In this document: positions 40,117-50,916 of the stretch, piece by piece
How positions within the stretch are numbered: position 1 is the stretch's first letter
Layout of the letters: every line of letters starts with the position of its first letter
Assembly (NCBI GenBank): GCA_934100165.1
Contig: CAKOPN010000001.1
Span: forward strand, 180,389 to 244,388
From: an uncultured Bacilli bacterium
GTDB taxonomy: Bacteria > Bacillota_I > Bacilli_A > RF39 > UBA660
Length of the DNA: 64,000 nt
Direction: 5' to 3'
Made by a program: the position numbers and the translations under genes
The notes under the pieces: model-generated
Databases searched by the model: none
What the model was told of the DNA's origin: nothing
What the model saw: only the letters and a program-made list of their open reading frames with translations

Positions 40117-40785
40117 TTATTTACAATCAGAAACGCTTAAAACTTTAATTGCAGAAATAACTTTTCCACTTTCATTAGCAGTTACTGTTTCAACAAGACC
40201 TTTTACACTTTCAGGTTTATTCTTTGGTTCTATCCATTGTTCTCCACTAGATCCTTCTGCTGGAGCAGCAACTAAATAGTCCTTAGAAGTAGCACCATCA
40301 TATAAATCTTTTAATGCTGTATATTGAGTAAGTTCATTGTTTCCAGAAACAACTAAGTCTCCAAGATTATCTGCTAAATCTTTTTGGCTTACAAAGTTAA
40401 TTCCTTGGTTAGAACCATCTTTTGCTACGAAATAATAGTTATAATTTTTACCGTTGTAAGTAACACCTACATAAGCATAATCCCATGTATCACTAAATGG
40501 TGATCTTCCGCCTTTTTCAACAGCTACACAAGATTTTCCATCTTCATGTCCAACTGGTATTAGATATAAAGTATTCACATCGAATAATTGTACTTTAGTA
40601 GCTTGGTTAACCATGTTTCTAGTATCATCGATATATCCAGAAGCAGATTGAGCAAACGCTGATTTTCTTGAGTTAGAAATATATTGTGTAACACTTGGAA
40701 TAGCAATAATCATTAAAACACCTAAGATAATGATAACTGCAAGTAATTCAATTAAAGTAAAACCTTTTTTATTTGTTTTTTTCAT
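40117..40785 (-). CDS. Type IV pilin-like protein (class III signal)
   Basis: KKGFTLIELLAVIIILGVLMIIAIPSV prepilin leader. Confidence 0.65.
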   Translation of the reverse strand: MKKTNKKGFTLIELLAVIIILGVLMIIAIPSVTQYISNSRKSAFAQSASGYIDDTRNMVNQATKVQLFDVNTLYLIPVGHEDGKSCVAVEKGGRSPFSDTWDYAYVGVTYNGKNYNYYFVAKDGSNQGINFVSQKDLADNLGDLVVSGNNELTQYTALKDLYDGATSKDYLVAAPAEGSSGEQWIEPKNKPESVKGLVETVTANESGKVISAIKVLSVSDCK

Positions 40786-40937
40786 TATAAATTATTTCCT
40801 CTCTTCCTTTATTTTATAAATAAAGTTTATAATAAGGAAAATAAAAAGTCAATATATTAAGAAATAATTAGACATTTTTTAACATATTTATACAATTATT
40901 TTAAAAAAAATTGATCTATACGATCAATTTATTATTT

Positions 40938-41513
40938 TTAATAAATATTTACTGTTTCTCTGTGAAGTTTAGCCTTTATTTCATCAACATTATTTATCAA
41001 GTTTTTTTCTACTGTACTTCCCTTCACAACAAGATCAAATCTATCAGAAGTATTTAAATCACCAAGCTTAGATAAGTTAATTCCTCTGTTATATGCTACC
41101 GAATCATCCGTAGTATTTTCACACTTCATATCTGAACATGACACTAAATGCACATAATAAACTCTTTCGTATTCACCAGTGGTAGGAATCTGTTCAAGAG
41201 TAATTGCTACAAATGAAAGTTCTTTAGAATAATAAGTATCATATGGAGACACTTCAAGATCTACACTGTCTAAATTTGCAAGTTTAATGATTGTAACACT
41301 ATAAGCATCTGGATATTCTATAGAAGTATCGCTTCTTATTTTATATTCAGCGGCACTAACCATATTTTGTGCATCTTTCAAAAACGTTTCCTTTTTGTTT
41401 TTATCTAAAGTAGAAATAATATTAGGAACCGCTATTGTCATTATTACTCCCAATATAACAATAACCGCTAAAAGTTCGACCAAAGTGAATCCTTTTTTGT
41501 TTTTTCTCATCAT
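40938..41513 (-). CDS. Type IV pilin-like protein (class III signal)
   Basis: MMRKNKKGFTLVELLAVIVILGV prepilin leader. The start is moved to an internal ATG next to a ribosome-binding site. Confidence 0.6.
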   Translation of the reverse strand: MMRKNKKGFTLVELLAVIVILGVIMTIAVPNIISTLDKNKKETFLKDAQNMVSAAEYKIRSDTSIEYPDAYSVTIIKLANLDSVDLEVSPYDTYYSKELSFVAITLEQIPTTGEYERVYYVHLVSCSDMKCENTTDDSVAYNRGINLSKLGDLNTSDRFDLVVKGSTVEKNLINNVDEIKAKLHRETVNIY

Positions 41514-41595
41514 ATCACCATACCTTAAAATAATTATAATATTATTAAGATAAGTTTTCAAGGAAAAAAAAGATGCTTCATTTATAAGCATCGAT

Positions 41596-42027
41596 TTATT
41601 TATCTTGTAACATATTTATAAGATTAACTTTAAACATATCTTTTTCAGGATGAGTTTTAGAAATCATAACACCTTTATAAGTAGAAAGCTCTGCACGATG
41701 TCCCTCTTCAAGTATTTCTTCTGGTGTAATGTTAGTAAGAAGAACTATTTTTTTATCTTCGTAAACTGTATAATGTAATCTTATCTCACCATGTACTTGT
41801 GCAAAAAGTTTTGCAGTTGGTAATTTTAATTCATAAGATTTTGTATTTTCTTTTTTAGAAACCGCTACTAATTCACCTAAGAAATTACCATTTCTAATTT
41901 CAGGGTAATATTCAAATGTTAACTTCTTATAAGCAAACATATTATATTTTCTTACAGTTCTTTCTTTCTTTCTAAAATCATTCTCATTTTGATATTCAAA
42001 TATATAACTTTGTTTCATAGTATTCAA
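41596..42027 (-). CDS. Hypothetical protein, first gene of the pilin transcription unit
   Basis: 143-aa ORF downstream of a consensus TTGACA-17-TATAAT promoter. It resembles Gp49/RelE-like folds weakly at best. Confidence 0.4.
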   Translation of the reverse strand: MNTMKQSYIFEYQNENDFRKKERTVRKYNMFAYKKLTFEYYPEIRNGNFLGELVAVSKKENTKSYELKLPTAKLFAQVHGEIRLHYTVYEDKKIVLLTNITPEEILEEGHRAELSTYKGVMISKTHPEKDMFKVNLINMLQDK

Positions 42028-42089
42028 CCCCCACTACATTATTTTAATATGAGACTCTCTTAAGACCCCTATTCTCAAGATGTGTTAGT

Positions 42090-42118
42090 ATTATAACACG
42101 AAATTAACTAATTGTCAA
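42090..42118 (-). promoter_or_regulatory. Consensus sigma-A promoter driving 41596..42027 and the downstream pilin genes
   Basis: Minus-strand TTGACA-N17-TATAAT, an exact consensus. Confidence 0.6.
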
Positions 42119-42134
42119 ATTTTTATTTATTTTT

Positions 42135-42395
42135 TTACTTTACTTGGACAATTAGTTTAATAGCAGTCCTTTCTTCATTGTCAATTTTTATGTCTGCAAA
42201 TGCTGGAACACAGACAAGATTTTTTCCAGAAGGTGCTAAAAAGCCTCTACAAATAATTATTGCTTTAACGGACTGATTAAGTGCTCCTGCTCCAATCGCT
42301 TGTATTTCCACTGTATCTCTTTCTTTCAAAATATTGGCAAGTGCTCCCGCAACAGAATTAGGATTAGATTTACTAGATACTTTAAGTATTTCCAT
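42135..42395 (-). CDS. spoVS: Stage V sporulation protein S
   Basis: MEILKVSSKSNPNSVAGALANIL...IQAIGAGALNQSVKA matches SpoVS almost residue for residue. Confidence 0.85.
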   Translation of the reverse strand: MEILKVSSKSNPNSVAGALANILKERDTVEIQAIGAGALNQSVKAIIICRGFLAPSGKNLVCVPAFADIKIDNEERTAIKLIVQVK

Positions 42396-42439
42396 TATTA
42401 TTCCTTCCTTTCAAAATAAGTATATTAAATTGAAGAAAA

Positions 42440-42474
42440 AAAATTACAAAAAAAAGTGATAGCTAAGTATCACC
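42440..42474 (-). terminator. Intrinsic terminator after the PT-rich gene, upstream of spoVS
   Basis: gtgatac-ttagc-tatcac hairpin followed by UUUUUUUU. Confidence 0.5.
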
Positions 42475-42496
42475 TTTTGTTATGTCTTTTTTATAA

Positions 42497-43696
42497 TTAA
42501 AATTCTAGTTTTTCAATTTCATCATTATTTACCATAGGTGTAACAGAAACTGGTGTTGGTGCTACTGCTGGAGTAACTGGCGCAACAGGTGTTACTGGTG
42601 TAACAGGTACTGTTGGAGTTTGAATGCTGGAAGTAACTGTTGCTGTAAGTGTATCAACAGGTGCTGGTGCAACTGTTGGTGCAACTGGAATCGTTGGTTC
42701 AACAACAGGTATAGTTGGTACTGTAGGTACAACTGGTGTAACTGGTATTGTTGGAACAACTGGTGTTACAACTGGTTCAACTTTTACTTCTTCTTTAACT
42801 TGAGGTATTGGTCCTACTCCTGGAGCATTTATGCTAGGTTCCATTATAGGAGCACCTGCATAAGCTTCACGAACTGTTGCAGTTGGAATTGGGGCAGTAT
42901 TCTCAAGTGGATTAGCACCACCATATATTTCTCTTGGTTTTTCAATTAAATCTTCTTTGTTTATAAGTTCTGGATTAGCACCACCATACACAACTGGTGT
43001 TGGCTTAACTTCTTCTTTTACTTCTGGTACAACTGGTGTAACAGTTGCAACTTCAGGAGTTACTGGAAGTGGTGTTGGTGTAATTACTGGTGCTACTGGT
43101 TCAACTGTTGGAATAACTGGTGTTGAAACTTCATTTTCAATAGCAGGTGCACTAACACTTACTTCTACCGGTTTAACTTCATCTAATAATGGTTGAACTA
43201 CTGGTTGTGAAACTTCTGGTATTGGAGCCGGAATAACTGGTGTTGGTTCGATTGCTGGTTCAACAATTGGAGTTGTATCTATAACTGGTGTATTTAAAAT
43301 ACTTGGTGTCTCTTGAACTGGTTCTGGTGTTGGAATAGCATTTAAAATGCTTGGTGTTTCAACTGCAGGAGCAGCAGATTCAGAGAAGTTAATTGGCCCA
43401 ACTGGTGGAACATCATTAACAACTGGCTGTGGATTAACTTCTGGTGTAACTGGTTGTGGATTAGCATTAATGAATCCATTCATATCACCATTTACAGCCA
43501 TATTTGTATCAATATTAGGTACTGGGTCTTGTGCAACAGGGGCAGCATCTACAGATAAATCCTTATCTTTACCTTTACCCATACATAATAAAACAATTCC
43601 AATAATTAGTAATAAAATTCCAACAATAATAAGTATCCCTTCTGTTGAAGTAATAAATTCAACAATATCAAAACTTAATAATTCAAAAACATTCAT
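42497..43696 (-). CDS. Membrane-anchored Pro/Thr/Val-rich low-complexity repeat protein
   Basis: N-terminal transmembrane helix followed by PVTP/VVPT repeats and duplicated YGGANP motifs. Confidence 0.5.
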   Translation of the reverse strand: MNVFELLSFDIVEFITSTEGILIIVGILLLIIGIVLLCMGKGKDKDLSVDAAPVAQDPVPNIDTNMAVNGDMNGFINANPQPVTPEVNPQPVVNDVPPVGPINFSESAAPAVETPSILNAIPTPEPVQETPSILNTPVIDTTPIVEPAIEPTPVIPAPIPEVSQPVVQPLLDEVKPVEVSVSAPAIENEVSTPVIPTVEPVAPVITPTPLPVTPEVATVTPVVPEVKEEVKPTPVVYGGANPELINKEDLIEKPREIYGGANPLENTAPIPTATVREAYAGAPIMEPSINAPGVGPIPQVKEEVKVEPVVTPVVPTIPVTPVVPTVPTIPVVEPTIPVAPTVAPAPVDTLTATVTSSIQTPTVPVTPVTPVAPVTPAVAPTPVSVTPMVNNDEIEKLEF

Positions 43697-43812
43697 CTTT
43701 TTATCCTTCTTCCCTAATCTATTCTAATAAAATGATAACAAAAAACAATATCAAATGCAAGAGATATTTTATAAAGATTAGCAAAAAAAGAAGAACTATA
43801 CAGTCCAAAATA

Positions 43813-44505
43813 TTATTTGAAAATTTTCCAAATACCACCATTTTCAAACGGGTATTTTTTAAATGTAAGTTGTTCTTTAGTAATTGGATGATAGATAGTT
43901 AAACTATAAGCCCAAAGAGCTATTTGCTTATTATCACATTTTCCATATCTTTGATCACCATACAAAGAATTTCCTCTTGAAGCAAACTGAACTCTTATCT
44001 GATGATGCCTTCCAGTAAGAAGTAAAATGTCGACTAAAGATAAATTTTTATCTTTATTTTCTTTTAGTACTTTATATTCAAGCACTGCTTCCTTCCCTTT
44101 TTCCTTAGTAGTAACAACTGTATTTCCATCCTCTTTTTTTAAAAGATAATCATGATACGTACCATTTTTATTTTGTAAGAAACCATTTACTACTGCTAAA
44201 TATTTTTTTGTAAATTTATGTTCTTTTATCATACTAGTAAGTCTTGATGCTGCTTTTGAACTTCTTGCAAATATCATAACACCGCCAACCGGTCTATCAA
44301 GTCTATGAACAAGACCTAAATATACATTACCTGGTTTATGATATTTTTCTTTAATATACTTCTTAACTATAGTAAGCATATCAATATCACCAGTACTGTC
44401 GGCTTGGCTTAAAATATTACAAGGCTTTACAACCACTATAATATGATTATCTTCATATAATACCTCTAACTTATTCATATGACTCAAATCTTGAACATAT
44501 TCCAC
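43813..44505 (-). CDS. RluA-family pseudouridine synthase
   Basis: HRLDRPVGGVMIFARS motif. Confidence 0.75.
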   Translation of the reverse strand: MEYVQDLSHMNKLEVLYEDNHIIVVVKPCNILSQADSTGDIDMLTIVKKYIKEKYHKPGNVYLGLVHRLDRPVGGVMIFARSSKAASRLTSMIKEHKFTKKYLAVVNGFLQNKNGTYHDYLLKKEDGNTVVTTKEKGKEAVLEYKVLKENKDKNLSLVDILLLTGRHHQIRVQFASRGNSLYGDQRYGKCDNKQIALWAYSLTIYHPITKEQLTFKKYPFENGGIWKIFK

Positions 44506-45343
44506 ACGGAAGAGTTATATCATTGTTTTTTGGTTTTAATCCTATCTCTTCTGAATATATTTTCCCTTCATATTTTTTTCCTACTGTAAGTTTAAGAACA
44601 TTAGTAAATACTTCTTTTGAAAGCCCTGTTGTATATGAATTTATTATAAAGAAAAGCGGTTTATCACTTAATATTTCACAACACAATTCTACAAGTGGAA
44701 ATAAATCTTTTTCAATATTCCAAACTTCCTTATTAGCTCCCTTACCATAACTAGGTGGATCCATAACTATTGCATCATACTTATTACCACGTCTTATTTC
44801 TCGCTTTACAAACTTTACAACATCATCAACAATATAACGTACGTTGCAAGAATCAAGCTTATTTGTTTTGACGTTTTCTTTTGCCCAGTCTGTCATCCCC
44901 CTTGAAGAGTCAACATGAACAACACTAGCGCCTGCCTTAAGACAAGCAACAGTAGCACCACCGGTATAAGCAAAAAGATTTAATACCTTAATTTCTCTTT
45001 TAGAGTTTTTAATTTTATTCATCATAAAATCCCAGTTAACAGCTTGCTCTGGAAACAATCCAGTATGTTTAAATCCCATTTGTTTTATGTTAAAAGTAAG
45101 CTCTTTATAACTTACCTGCCAAACTGGTTTTATATTTTTTAAATTTTCCCAAACTCCTCCACCTTTATCACTGCGATGATAATGTGCATGAATCACTTTT
45201 TTATTTTTTTCAAGTAAATTTCCATTATCCCAAATAATCTGTGGATCTGGTCTTAATAAATAAAAATCTTTCCATCTTTCTAATTTTTCACCATTTGAGG
45301 TATCTATAAGTTCATAATCTTTCCATTCATTTGCTATAAGCAT
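44471..45343 (-). CDS. Class I SAM-dependent rRNA methyltransferase (RlmI-like)
   Basis: FAYTGG...VDSS and MDPPSYGKG motifs. Confidence 0.65.
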   Translation of the reverse strand: MLIANEWKDYELIDTSNGEKLERWKDFYLLRPDPQIIWDNGNLLEKNKKVIHAHYHRSDKGGGVWENLKNIKPVWQVSYKELTFNIKQMGFKHTGLFPEQAVNWDFMMNKIKNSKREIKVLNLFAYTGGATVACLKAGASVVHVDSSRGMTDWAKENVKTNKLDSCNVRYIVDDVVKFVKREIRRGNKYDAIVMDPPSYGKGANKEVWNIEKDLFPLVELCCEILSDKPLFFIINSYTTGLSKEVFTNVLKLTVGKKYEGKIYSEEIGLKPKNNDITLPCGICSRFESYE

Positions 45344-45381
45344 AATATCACCCGAAAAGAGTATAACATAAAAGAACTATA

Positions 45382-46122
45382 TTAGTCATTCAAATTTATG
45401 AATGTTTCATATAGTTCTTGACATTTATCTTTATCCATTTCATTTATATTTTTGCAAGGATAATCTATACCCAAAGTTTCATATTTTTCAGATCCGAGTT
45501 TATGATATGGAAGAAACTCAATTTTTTCAATATTATTTATCTTTTTTAAGTACTTTTTGAGTTTAACTAAATAATCCATATTATCCATAATACCTGGAAC
45601 TACCACTTGTCTAATCCAAACTTTTTTATTATTTTTGTTTAAAGCTTCAATAAATTTTTCTGACTCCGTAATTTCCTGACCAGTAATTTTTTTGTAGCCT
45701 TCTTTTTCAGCATGTTTTATATCAAGTATTACTAAATCAACATATTTAAGAATCTCATCATATCTACCTACTCCAACACCTGCTGTATCAAGTGCCGTAT
45801 TGATATCATTTTCTTTAAGTAACTTCAAAGTTTCTATTAGAAAGTCTGGCTGTAGAAGTGGCTCCCCTCCTGAAAAGGTTACACCACCTGTTTTGCCAAA
45901 GTAACTTTTATATCTAATTATTTTTTTAACCAGTTCTTCTGGTTCATAGTTATCATTTAGTCGGTGCCACATTTCTGGATTATGACAGTATATACATCTT
46001 AACTTACAGCCGTTTAAAAATACAACTGTTCTAATACCAGGTCCATCAACTAGACCAAAAGTTTCTATTGAATTTACACTACCTTTAGTCATATTACATC
46101 TTCTCATGGAATGTTCTTGCAA
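45382..46122 (-). CDS. pflA: Pyruvate formate-lyase activating enzyme (radical SAM)
   Basis: [10 protein letters not shown] CxxxCxxC cluster motif. It sits downstream of pflB. Confidence 0.85.
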   Translation of the reverse strand: MQEHSMRRCNMTKGSVNSIETFGLVDGPGIRTVVFLNGCKLRCIYCHNPEMWHRLNDNYEPEELVKKIIRYKSYFGKTGGVTFSGGEPLLQPDFLIETLKLLKENDINTALDTAGVGVGRYDEILKYVDLVILDIKHAEKEGYKKITGQEITESEKFIEALNKNNKKVWIRQVVVPGIMDNMDYLVKLKKYLKKINNIEKIEFLPYHKLGSEKYETLGIDYPCKNINEMDKDKCQELYETFINLND

Positions 46123-48325
46123 TAACTTCTTCTTGTTGTTTTCTAGTTAAACGATTAAATCTAACAGCATATCCTGATACACGAATAGTTAAAAGAGGAT
46201 ATTTTTCAGGATGTTCCATAGCATCTATCAATGTTTCACGGTTTAATACGTTTACATTTAAATGATGTGCATTTTGTACAAAGTAACCATCAAGTAATGA
46301 TACTAAATTAGTAACTCTATCTTCCATATTTGTACCAAGTGCACTAGGTACTATAGAGAATGTGTTAGAAATACCATCACGGCAGCAATTTGCATAATCA
46401 AGTTTTGCAACTGAGTTAAGACTTGCAAGAGCGCCACTCTCGTCTCTTCCATGCATTGGATTAGCTCCTGGAGCAAATGGAACACCTTTAGCTCTACCAT
46501 CTGGAGTTGCACCAGTTTTAGAACCATATACTACATTTGATGTAATTGTAAGTACTGATAATGTTACTTCTGCATTTCTATATGGTTTATGTTTAGCAAG
46601 TTCATGATACATTTTATCAAGAATTTCCTTTGCAATGTTATCTACTCTATCATCATCGTTTCCGTATTTTGGGAAATCTCCTTCAATTTTAAAATCGATA
46701 GCAATTCCGTTTTCATCTCTTACTGGCATAACCTTAGCATATTTAATTGCTGAAAGACTATCAGTTGCAACAGAAAGTCCAGCAACACCATAAGCCATAA
46801 GACGTCTTACTAAAGTATCATGTAAGGCCATTTGTCCTTTTTCATAAGCATATTTATCATGCATGTAATGTATTATGTTCATAGCATTAGAATATATCTC
46901 TGCTACCTTTTCTATCATTTTGAAATAGCTTGCTTTAACTTTTTCGTAATCTAAAACTTCATCTTTCATTATTTCAAAGCCATCGATAACCTTTTCATTT
47001 TTAACTTCATCGATGCCACCATTTATAGAATATAAAAGTGTTTTAGCAAGGTTGCAACGTGCTCCAAAGAATTGCATATCTTTACCAACTCTCATAGCAG
47101 AAACACAACATGCAATTGCATAATCATGTCCGTATAAAGGTCTCATAACATCATCATTTTCATATTGTAATGAATCAGTTTCTATACTCATCTTAGCGCA
47201 GTATTTTTTGAATGCCTCTGGAAGTTTTGTACTCCAAAGTATAGTCATATTAGGCTCTGGTGATGGGTCAAGATTTTTAAGTGTATGTACTAAACGGTAA
47301 CTAGTTTTAGTAACCATTGATTTACCACTTTCATTGATACCACCAATTGAACATGTAACCCAAGTTGGATCTCCTGAGAATAATTCATCATATTCTGGTG
47401 TTCTCAAATGTCTTGCTAAACGAAGTTTGATAACGAACTGATCGATTAACTCTTGTGCTTCTTCTTCTGATAAAATTCCATCTTCTATATCTCTTTTAAT
47501 ATATATATCAAAGAAAGCATCTACTCTTCCCAGACTCATTGCAGCACCATTGTTTTCTTTTATGGCAGCAAGGTATCCAAAGTATGTCCATTGTACTGCT
47601 TCTTGAGCATTTTTAGCAGGTTTTGAAATATCAAAGCCATATTTTTCAGCCATTGACTTAATTTCAGCAAGTGCTCTATATTGCATTGAAACTTCTTCAC
47701 GTAATCTTATAAGCTCATCAGTCATAGGGCCTAATAATTTATTTTCCCATTCATCCTTTTTGCATTCCATTAAGTAATCGATACCATAAAGTGCTATTCT
47801 TCTGTAGTCACCTATAATTCTACCTCTACCATAAGCATCAGGAAGTCCTGTCAAAAGTCCAACATGTCTTGCTTTTCTAATATCAGTAGTATAAGCATCA
47901 AATACACCTTGATTATGTGTTTTTCTAAATTCATTAAAATACTTGTCAACATCTTTATTTAAACTATAACCATAAGATTCTAGTTCTTGATAAACCATTC
48001 TAATACCACCATAAGGATTAACTATTCTCTTAAGCGGCGCATCAGTTTGAAGTCCAACTATAACTTCATTTTTCTTATCTATATATCCAGGAGCAAAAGC
48101 ATCAATACCAGACATATGATCTACATCAATGTCAAGTACATGTACTTTAAGTTCTTCCTGTAAAAGAGATTCACAAATATTCCAAACCTTTTTTGTCTTT
48201 TTAGAAGTACCAGATAAGAAAGATTCATCACCATCATATGCTTCATAGTTTTTTTGAATAAAGTCACTGACATTTATCTCTTTAGTCCAGTCTCCTTCTT
48301 TAAAGTTTTTCCATTCTTCTCTCAT
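46094..48325 (-). CDS. pflB: Formate C-acetyltransferase (pyruvate formate-lyase)
   Basis: Glycyl-radical motif [11 protein letters not shown] and active-site Cys residues. Confidence 0.9.
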   Translation of the reverse strand: MREEWKNFKEGDWTKEINVSDFIQKNYEAYDGDESFLSGTSKKTKKVWNICESLLQEELKVHVLDIDVDHMSGIDAFAPGYIDKKNEVIVGLQTDAPLKRIVNPYGGIRMVYQELESYGYSLNKDVDKYFNEFRKTHNQGVFDAYTTDIRKARHVGLLTGLPDAYGRGRIIGDYRRIALYGIDYLMECKKDEWENKLLGPMTDELIRLREEVSMQYRALAEIKSMAEKYGFDISKPAKNAQEAVQWTYFGYLAAIKENNGAAMSLGRVDAFFDIYIKRDIEDGILSEEEAQELIDQFVIKLRLARHLRTPEYDELFSGDPTWVTCSIGGINESGKSMVTKTSYRLVHTLKNLDPSPEPNMTILWSTKLPEAFKKYCAKMSIETDSLQYENDDVMRPLYGHDYAIACCVSAMRVGKDMQFFGARCNLAKTLLYSINGGIDEVKNEKVIDGFEIMKDEVLDYEKVKASYFKMIEKVAEIYSNAMNIIHYMHDKYAYEKGQMALHDTLVRRLMAYGVAGLSVATDSLSAIKYAKVMPVRDENGIAIDFKIEGDFPKYGNDDDRVDNIAKEILDKMYHELAKHKPYRNAEVTLSVLTITSNVVYGSKTGATPDGRAKGVPFAPGANPMHGRDESGALASLNSVAKLDYANCCRDGISNTFSIVPSALGTNMEDRVTNLVSLLDGYFVQNAHHLNVNVLNRETLIDAMEHPEKYPLLTIRVSGYAVRFNRLTRKQQEEVIARTFHEKM

Positions 48326-48475
48326 TTTATTACCTCCTCAATCATCTAGCTATGCATTGTCTTTAAATTACGCATAGGTTACATTATATCAAATTTTCAA
48401 TTCTTAATCTACATTTTTTTATCATATTATTTATCTTGGTCATTTTTTTACATTTTAAAACTGATAAACAAGTTA

Positions 48476-49333
48476 TCAGTTAAAAATATTCTTAATATTT
48501 AATGATGCGTTATAAATATCATTCTTTTTTAAATCTTTATTCTTTTCATTAAGTATTTTAATTGCTGTCTTCATATCACACTTTTCTTTTACGATAATAT
48601 CAATAAGTTCTGCCTCAATAGAATAGTCTTTTTTTTCTACTAGCTCTATTTTTTCTATTTTCTTTTCAAGTATAACTACATATTCGCCCTTTTCTATTTT
48701 TTCATCATTTTTTATAATATCGTAAACTTCCTCTATATTTCCAAAAAATGATCTTTCATGTATTTTAGTTAAATCTGATGCAATAAATATTTTACTATCT
48801 ATAAAATTTTCTTTCAAAAGTTCAACAAGTTTTAAAAGTCTTTTAGGAGACTCATATATAATAAAGGTTGAAAAGCTACTTTTTTTAATTTGTTCAATTT
48901 TTTCTCTGAGTTTTTTGTTATCAACTGGCAAAAATCCTATAAAAGTAAAATTTGATGTATCAAGTCCAGATATTGAAAGTGCTGTAATTATTGCTGAAGG
49001 TCCCGGAATTCCTATTACTTCTATTTTATTTTCTCTTGCTAACTTTACAATCTCATATCCAGGATCAGATATGCAAGGTGTTCCAGCATCAGATACTAAA
49101 GCAACATCACTGCCATTTAGAATTTTTTCTATAATTGAACCACTTTTACTTCTTTCGTTAAACTTATGATATGCTGTCATTTGTTTTTTTATATTAAAGT
49201 GATTAAGTATTTTAACAGTCTGTCTTGTATCTTCAGCAGCAATAAGATCTACTTCTTCAAGTATTTTTAAAGCTCTTTCTGAAATATCGCTTAAATTTCC
49301 AATTGGGGTTGCAACTACATAAAGTTTTCCCAT
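48476..49333 (-). CDS. rsmI: 16S rRNA (cytidine1402-2-prime-O)-methyltransferase RsmI
   Basis: Tetrapyrrole-methylase fold with VVATPIGNLSDIS, plus a C-terminal extension. Confidence 0.8.
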   Translation of the reverse strand: MGKLYVVATPIGNLSDISERALKILEEVDLIAAEDTRQTVKILNHFNIKKQMTAYHKFNERSKSGSIIEKILNGSDVALVSDAGTPCISDPGYEIVKLARENKIEVIGIPGPSAIITALSISGLDTSNFTFIGFLPVDNKKLREKIEQIKKSSFSTFIIYESPKRLLKLVELLKENFIDSKIFIASDLTKIHERSFFGNIEEVYDIIKNDEKIEKGEYVVILEKKIEKIELVEKKDYSIEAELIDIIVKEKCDMKTAIKILNEKNKDLKKNDIYNASLNIKNIFN

Positions 49334-49344
49334 ATTATCACATC

Positions 49345-49434
49345 CTATTTTAGCATACTAATAAATAAGTAAAGCGTACTAACAACCATAATTATAATTG
49401 CAGTTATTTTATACCAATCCATTTTCTCGTTCAT
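49345..49434 (-). CDS. Possible 29-aa hydrophobic peptide
   Basis: AGGAGA ribosome-binding site 6 nt before the ATG. Sequence MNEKMDWYKITAIIIMVVSTLYLFISMLK. It lies between the HD gene and rsmI. Confidence 0.2.
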   Translation of the reverse strand: MNEKMDWYKITAIIIMVVSTLYLFISMLK

Positions 49435-49452
49435 TTTGTATCTCCTATCATT

Positions 49453-49959
49453 TTAAACTGTTGTTTTTGCTTTTTTACGTATACCTAAGTATTTTGGATA
49501 TTGTGTTGGGTGTAAAAGTACATTAGAAGATGTTACTTTATCTGCAAATGTTACTATCCAAGACTCTACATACTTAGGTGGTGTTATATTAAGTGGAAAC
49601 ATGTGTTTTGTTATTATATCTTTAATTTTTGGTGTTATTAAAGTACCAAATTCTTTCTCAGCATTAACACAAGCTTCTTTAGCATGAACAAATCCATGCA
49701 TTTTAAAAAGTTTTGTTTTCTTTTTTTTATTCTGCCATGGTTCACTATAAAAATCATGTAGTAAACCTCCTATAGCAGCACTTCTATAATCAAAGCCGTT
49801 TTTCTTAGCCAATCTATAAGCAAGTATTGATACTTTTAAAGAGTGTTCATAAACACTTTCATCTTCATGGTGTGGATATTCTTTTCTTTTTTGAAATTCT
49901 TTGTTTTCAAGGATATCCTTTACTATCTCATAATACTCGGTAAAATCTTCTTTTATCAT
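49453..49959 (-). CDS. HD-domain protein
   Basis: H...HD...LLHD motif. Confidence 0.6.
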   Translation of the reverse strand: MIKEDFTEYYEIVKDILENKEFQKRKEYPHHEDESVYEHSLKVSILAYRLAKKNGFDYRSAAIGGLLHDFYSEPWQNKKKKTKLFKMHGFVHAKEACVNAEKEFGTLITPKIKDIITKHMFPLNITPPKYVESWIVTFADKVTSSNVLLHPTQYPKYLGIRKKAKTTV

Positions 49960-50050
49960 AATAAAAACTCACCTATTTTCTATTAAGAGTATATCACAGT
50001 TTTTATTACAACATCAATGAAAATCAATATTAAATTCTTGGCAAAAGAAA

Positions 50051-50070
50051 AACCTTGATTACTCAAGGTT
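50051..50070 (-). terminator. Intrinsic terminator after the six-tRNA operon
   Basis: aaccttga-gtaa-tcaaggtt hairpin followed by a U-run. Confidence 0.6.
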
Positions 50071-50080
50071 AAATACAAAA

Positions 50081-50157
50081 TGGTCGGGAAGACAGGATTT
50101 GAACCTGCAACCCCTTGGTCCCAAACCAAGTGCTCTACCAAATTGAGCCACTTCCCG
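50081..50157 (-). tRNA. tRNA-Pro (anticodon UGG)
   Basis: Cloverleaf with anticodon loop UUUGGGA and CCA encoded. Confidence 0.8.
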
Positions 50158-50167
50158 AACAACAAAA

Positions 50168-50244
50168 TGGTGCGCTCGAAGGGATTCGAACCCCTGACCT
50201 TTTGGTTCGTAGCCAAACACTCTATCCAGCTGAGCTACGAGCGC
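50168..50244 (-). tRNA. tRNA-Arg (anticodon ACG)
   Basis: GCGCTCGTAGCTCAGCTGG...CTACGAA anticodon loop...GGTTCGAATCC. Confidence 0.8.
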
Positions 50245-50274
50245 GTTGGATACGTTAATTTTTACTTTATTAAA

Positions 50275-50350
<76 letters not shown>

Positions 50351-50353
50351 ATA

Positions 50354-50429
50354 TGGCGGTTTCGACGGGGATTGAACCCGCGATCTTCTGCGTGACAGGC
50401 AGACGTGTTAACCACTGCACTACGAAACC
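50354..50429 (-). tRNA. tRNA-Asp (anticodon GUC)
   Basis: GGTTTCGTAGTGCAGTGG...CTGTCAC anticodon loop...GGTTCAATCC. Confidence 0.85.
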
Positions 50430-50431
50430 AT

Positions 50432-50508
<77 letters not shown>

Positions 50509-50516
50509 ATATATAA

Positions 50517-50609
50517 TGGCGGAGGAAAAGGGATTCGAACCCCTGCGTCGCTTGCGCGGCCTCCCGGTTTTCAAGACCGGTCCCTTCAACCAGACTTGGG
50601 TATTCCTCC
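50517..50609 (-). tRNA. tRNA-Ser (anticodon UGA)
   Basis: Long variable arm and anticodon loop CUUGAAA. Confidence 0.8.
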
Positions 50610-50652
50610 AACCTCTTATGAAAGATTTTACTTCTTTCAAAAGCAACAAATA

Positions 50653-50684
50653 GATTATAACATTGAAAATTGTTCAAAGTCAAT
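50653..50684 (-). promoter_or_regulatory. Sigma-A-type promoter for the six-tRNA operon
   Basis: Minus-strand TTGACT-N18-TATAAT about 45 nt upstream of tRNA-Ser. Confidence 0.5.
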
Positions 50685-50916
50685 ACGATTTTAACATTTT
50701 TTTCTTCTATTTATAATATATTATATGTTTATATGAAAAAACACTCAAATTCATTAAATAAACTATACTTAAATATTAAACCATAAAGTGTAATTTAGCA
50801 AGAATAATATCTATTTTTTCGATATTTAGCTTAATTCATTTGACTTAAAGGTAATTTTATGATAAATTTATATGGCAAGTTAATTTTAAACAAAGGAGGT
50901 CTTATCATGGCAATAA

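Noticed and set aside
42098-42125. 9-bp inverted repeat ctaattgtc...gacaattag between spoVS and the pilin unit
   Set aside because: The loop is about 30 nt, so this is not a terminator. The TTGACA it contains is better explained as the -35 of the consensus promoter.
42620-43727. Plus-strand ORFs of 109, 79 and 126 aa
   Set aside because: They are antisense to the PT-rich repeat CDS. The low-complexity repeats are open in several frames.
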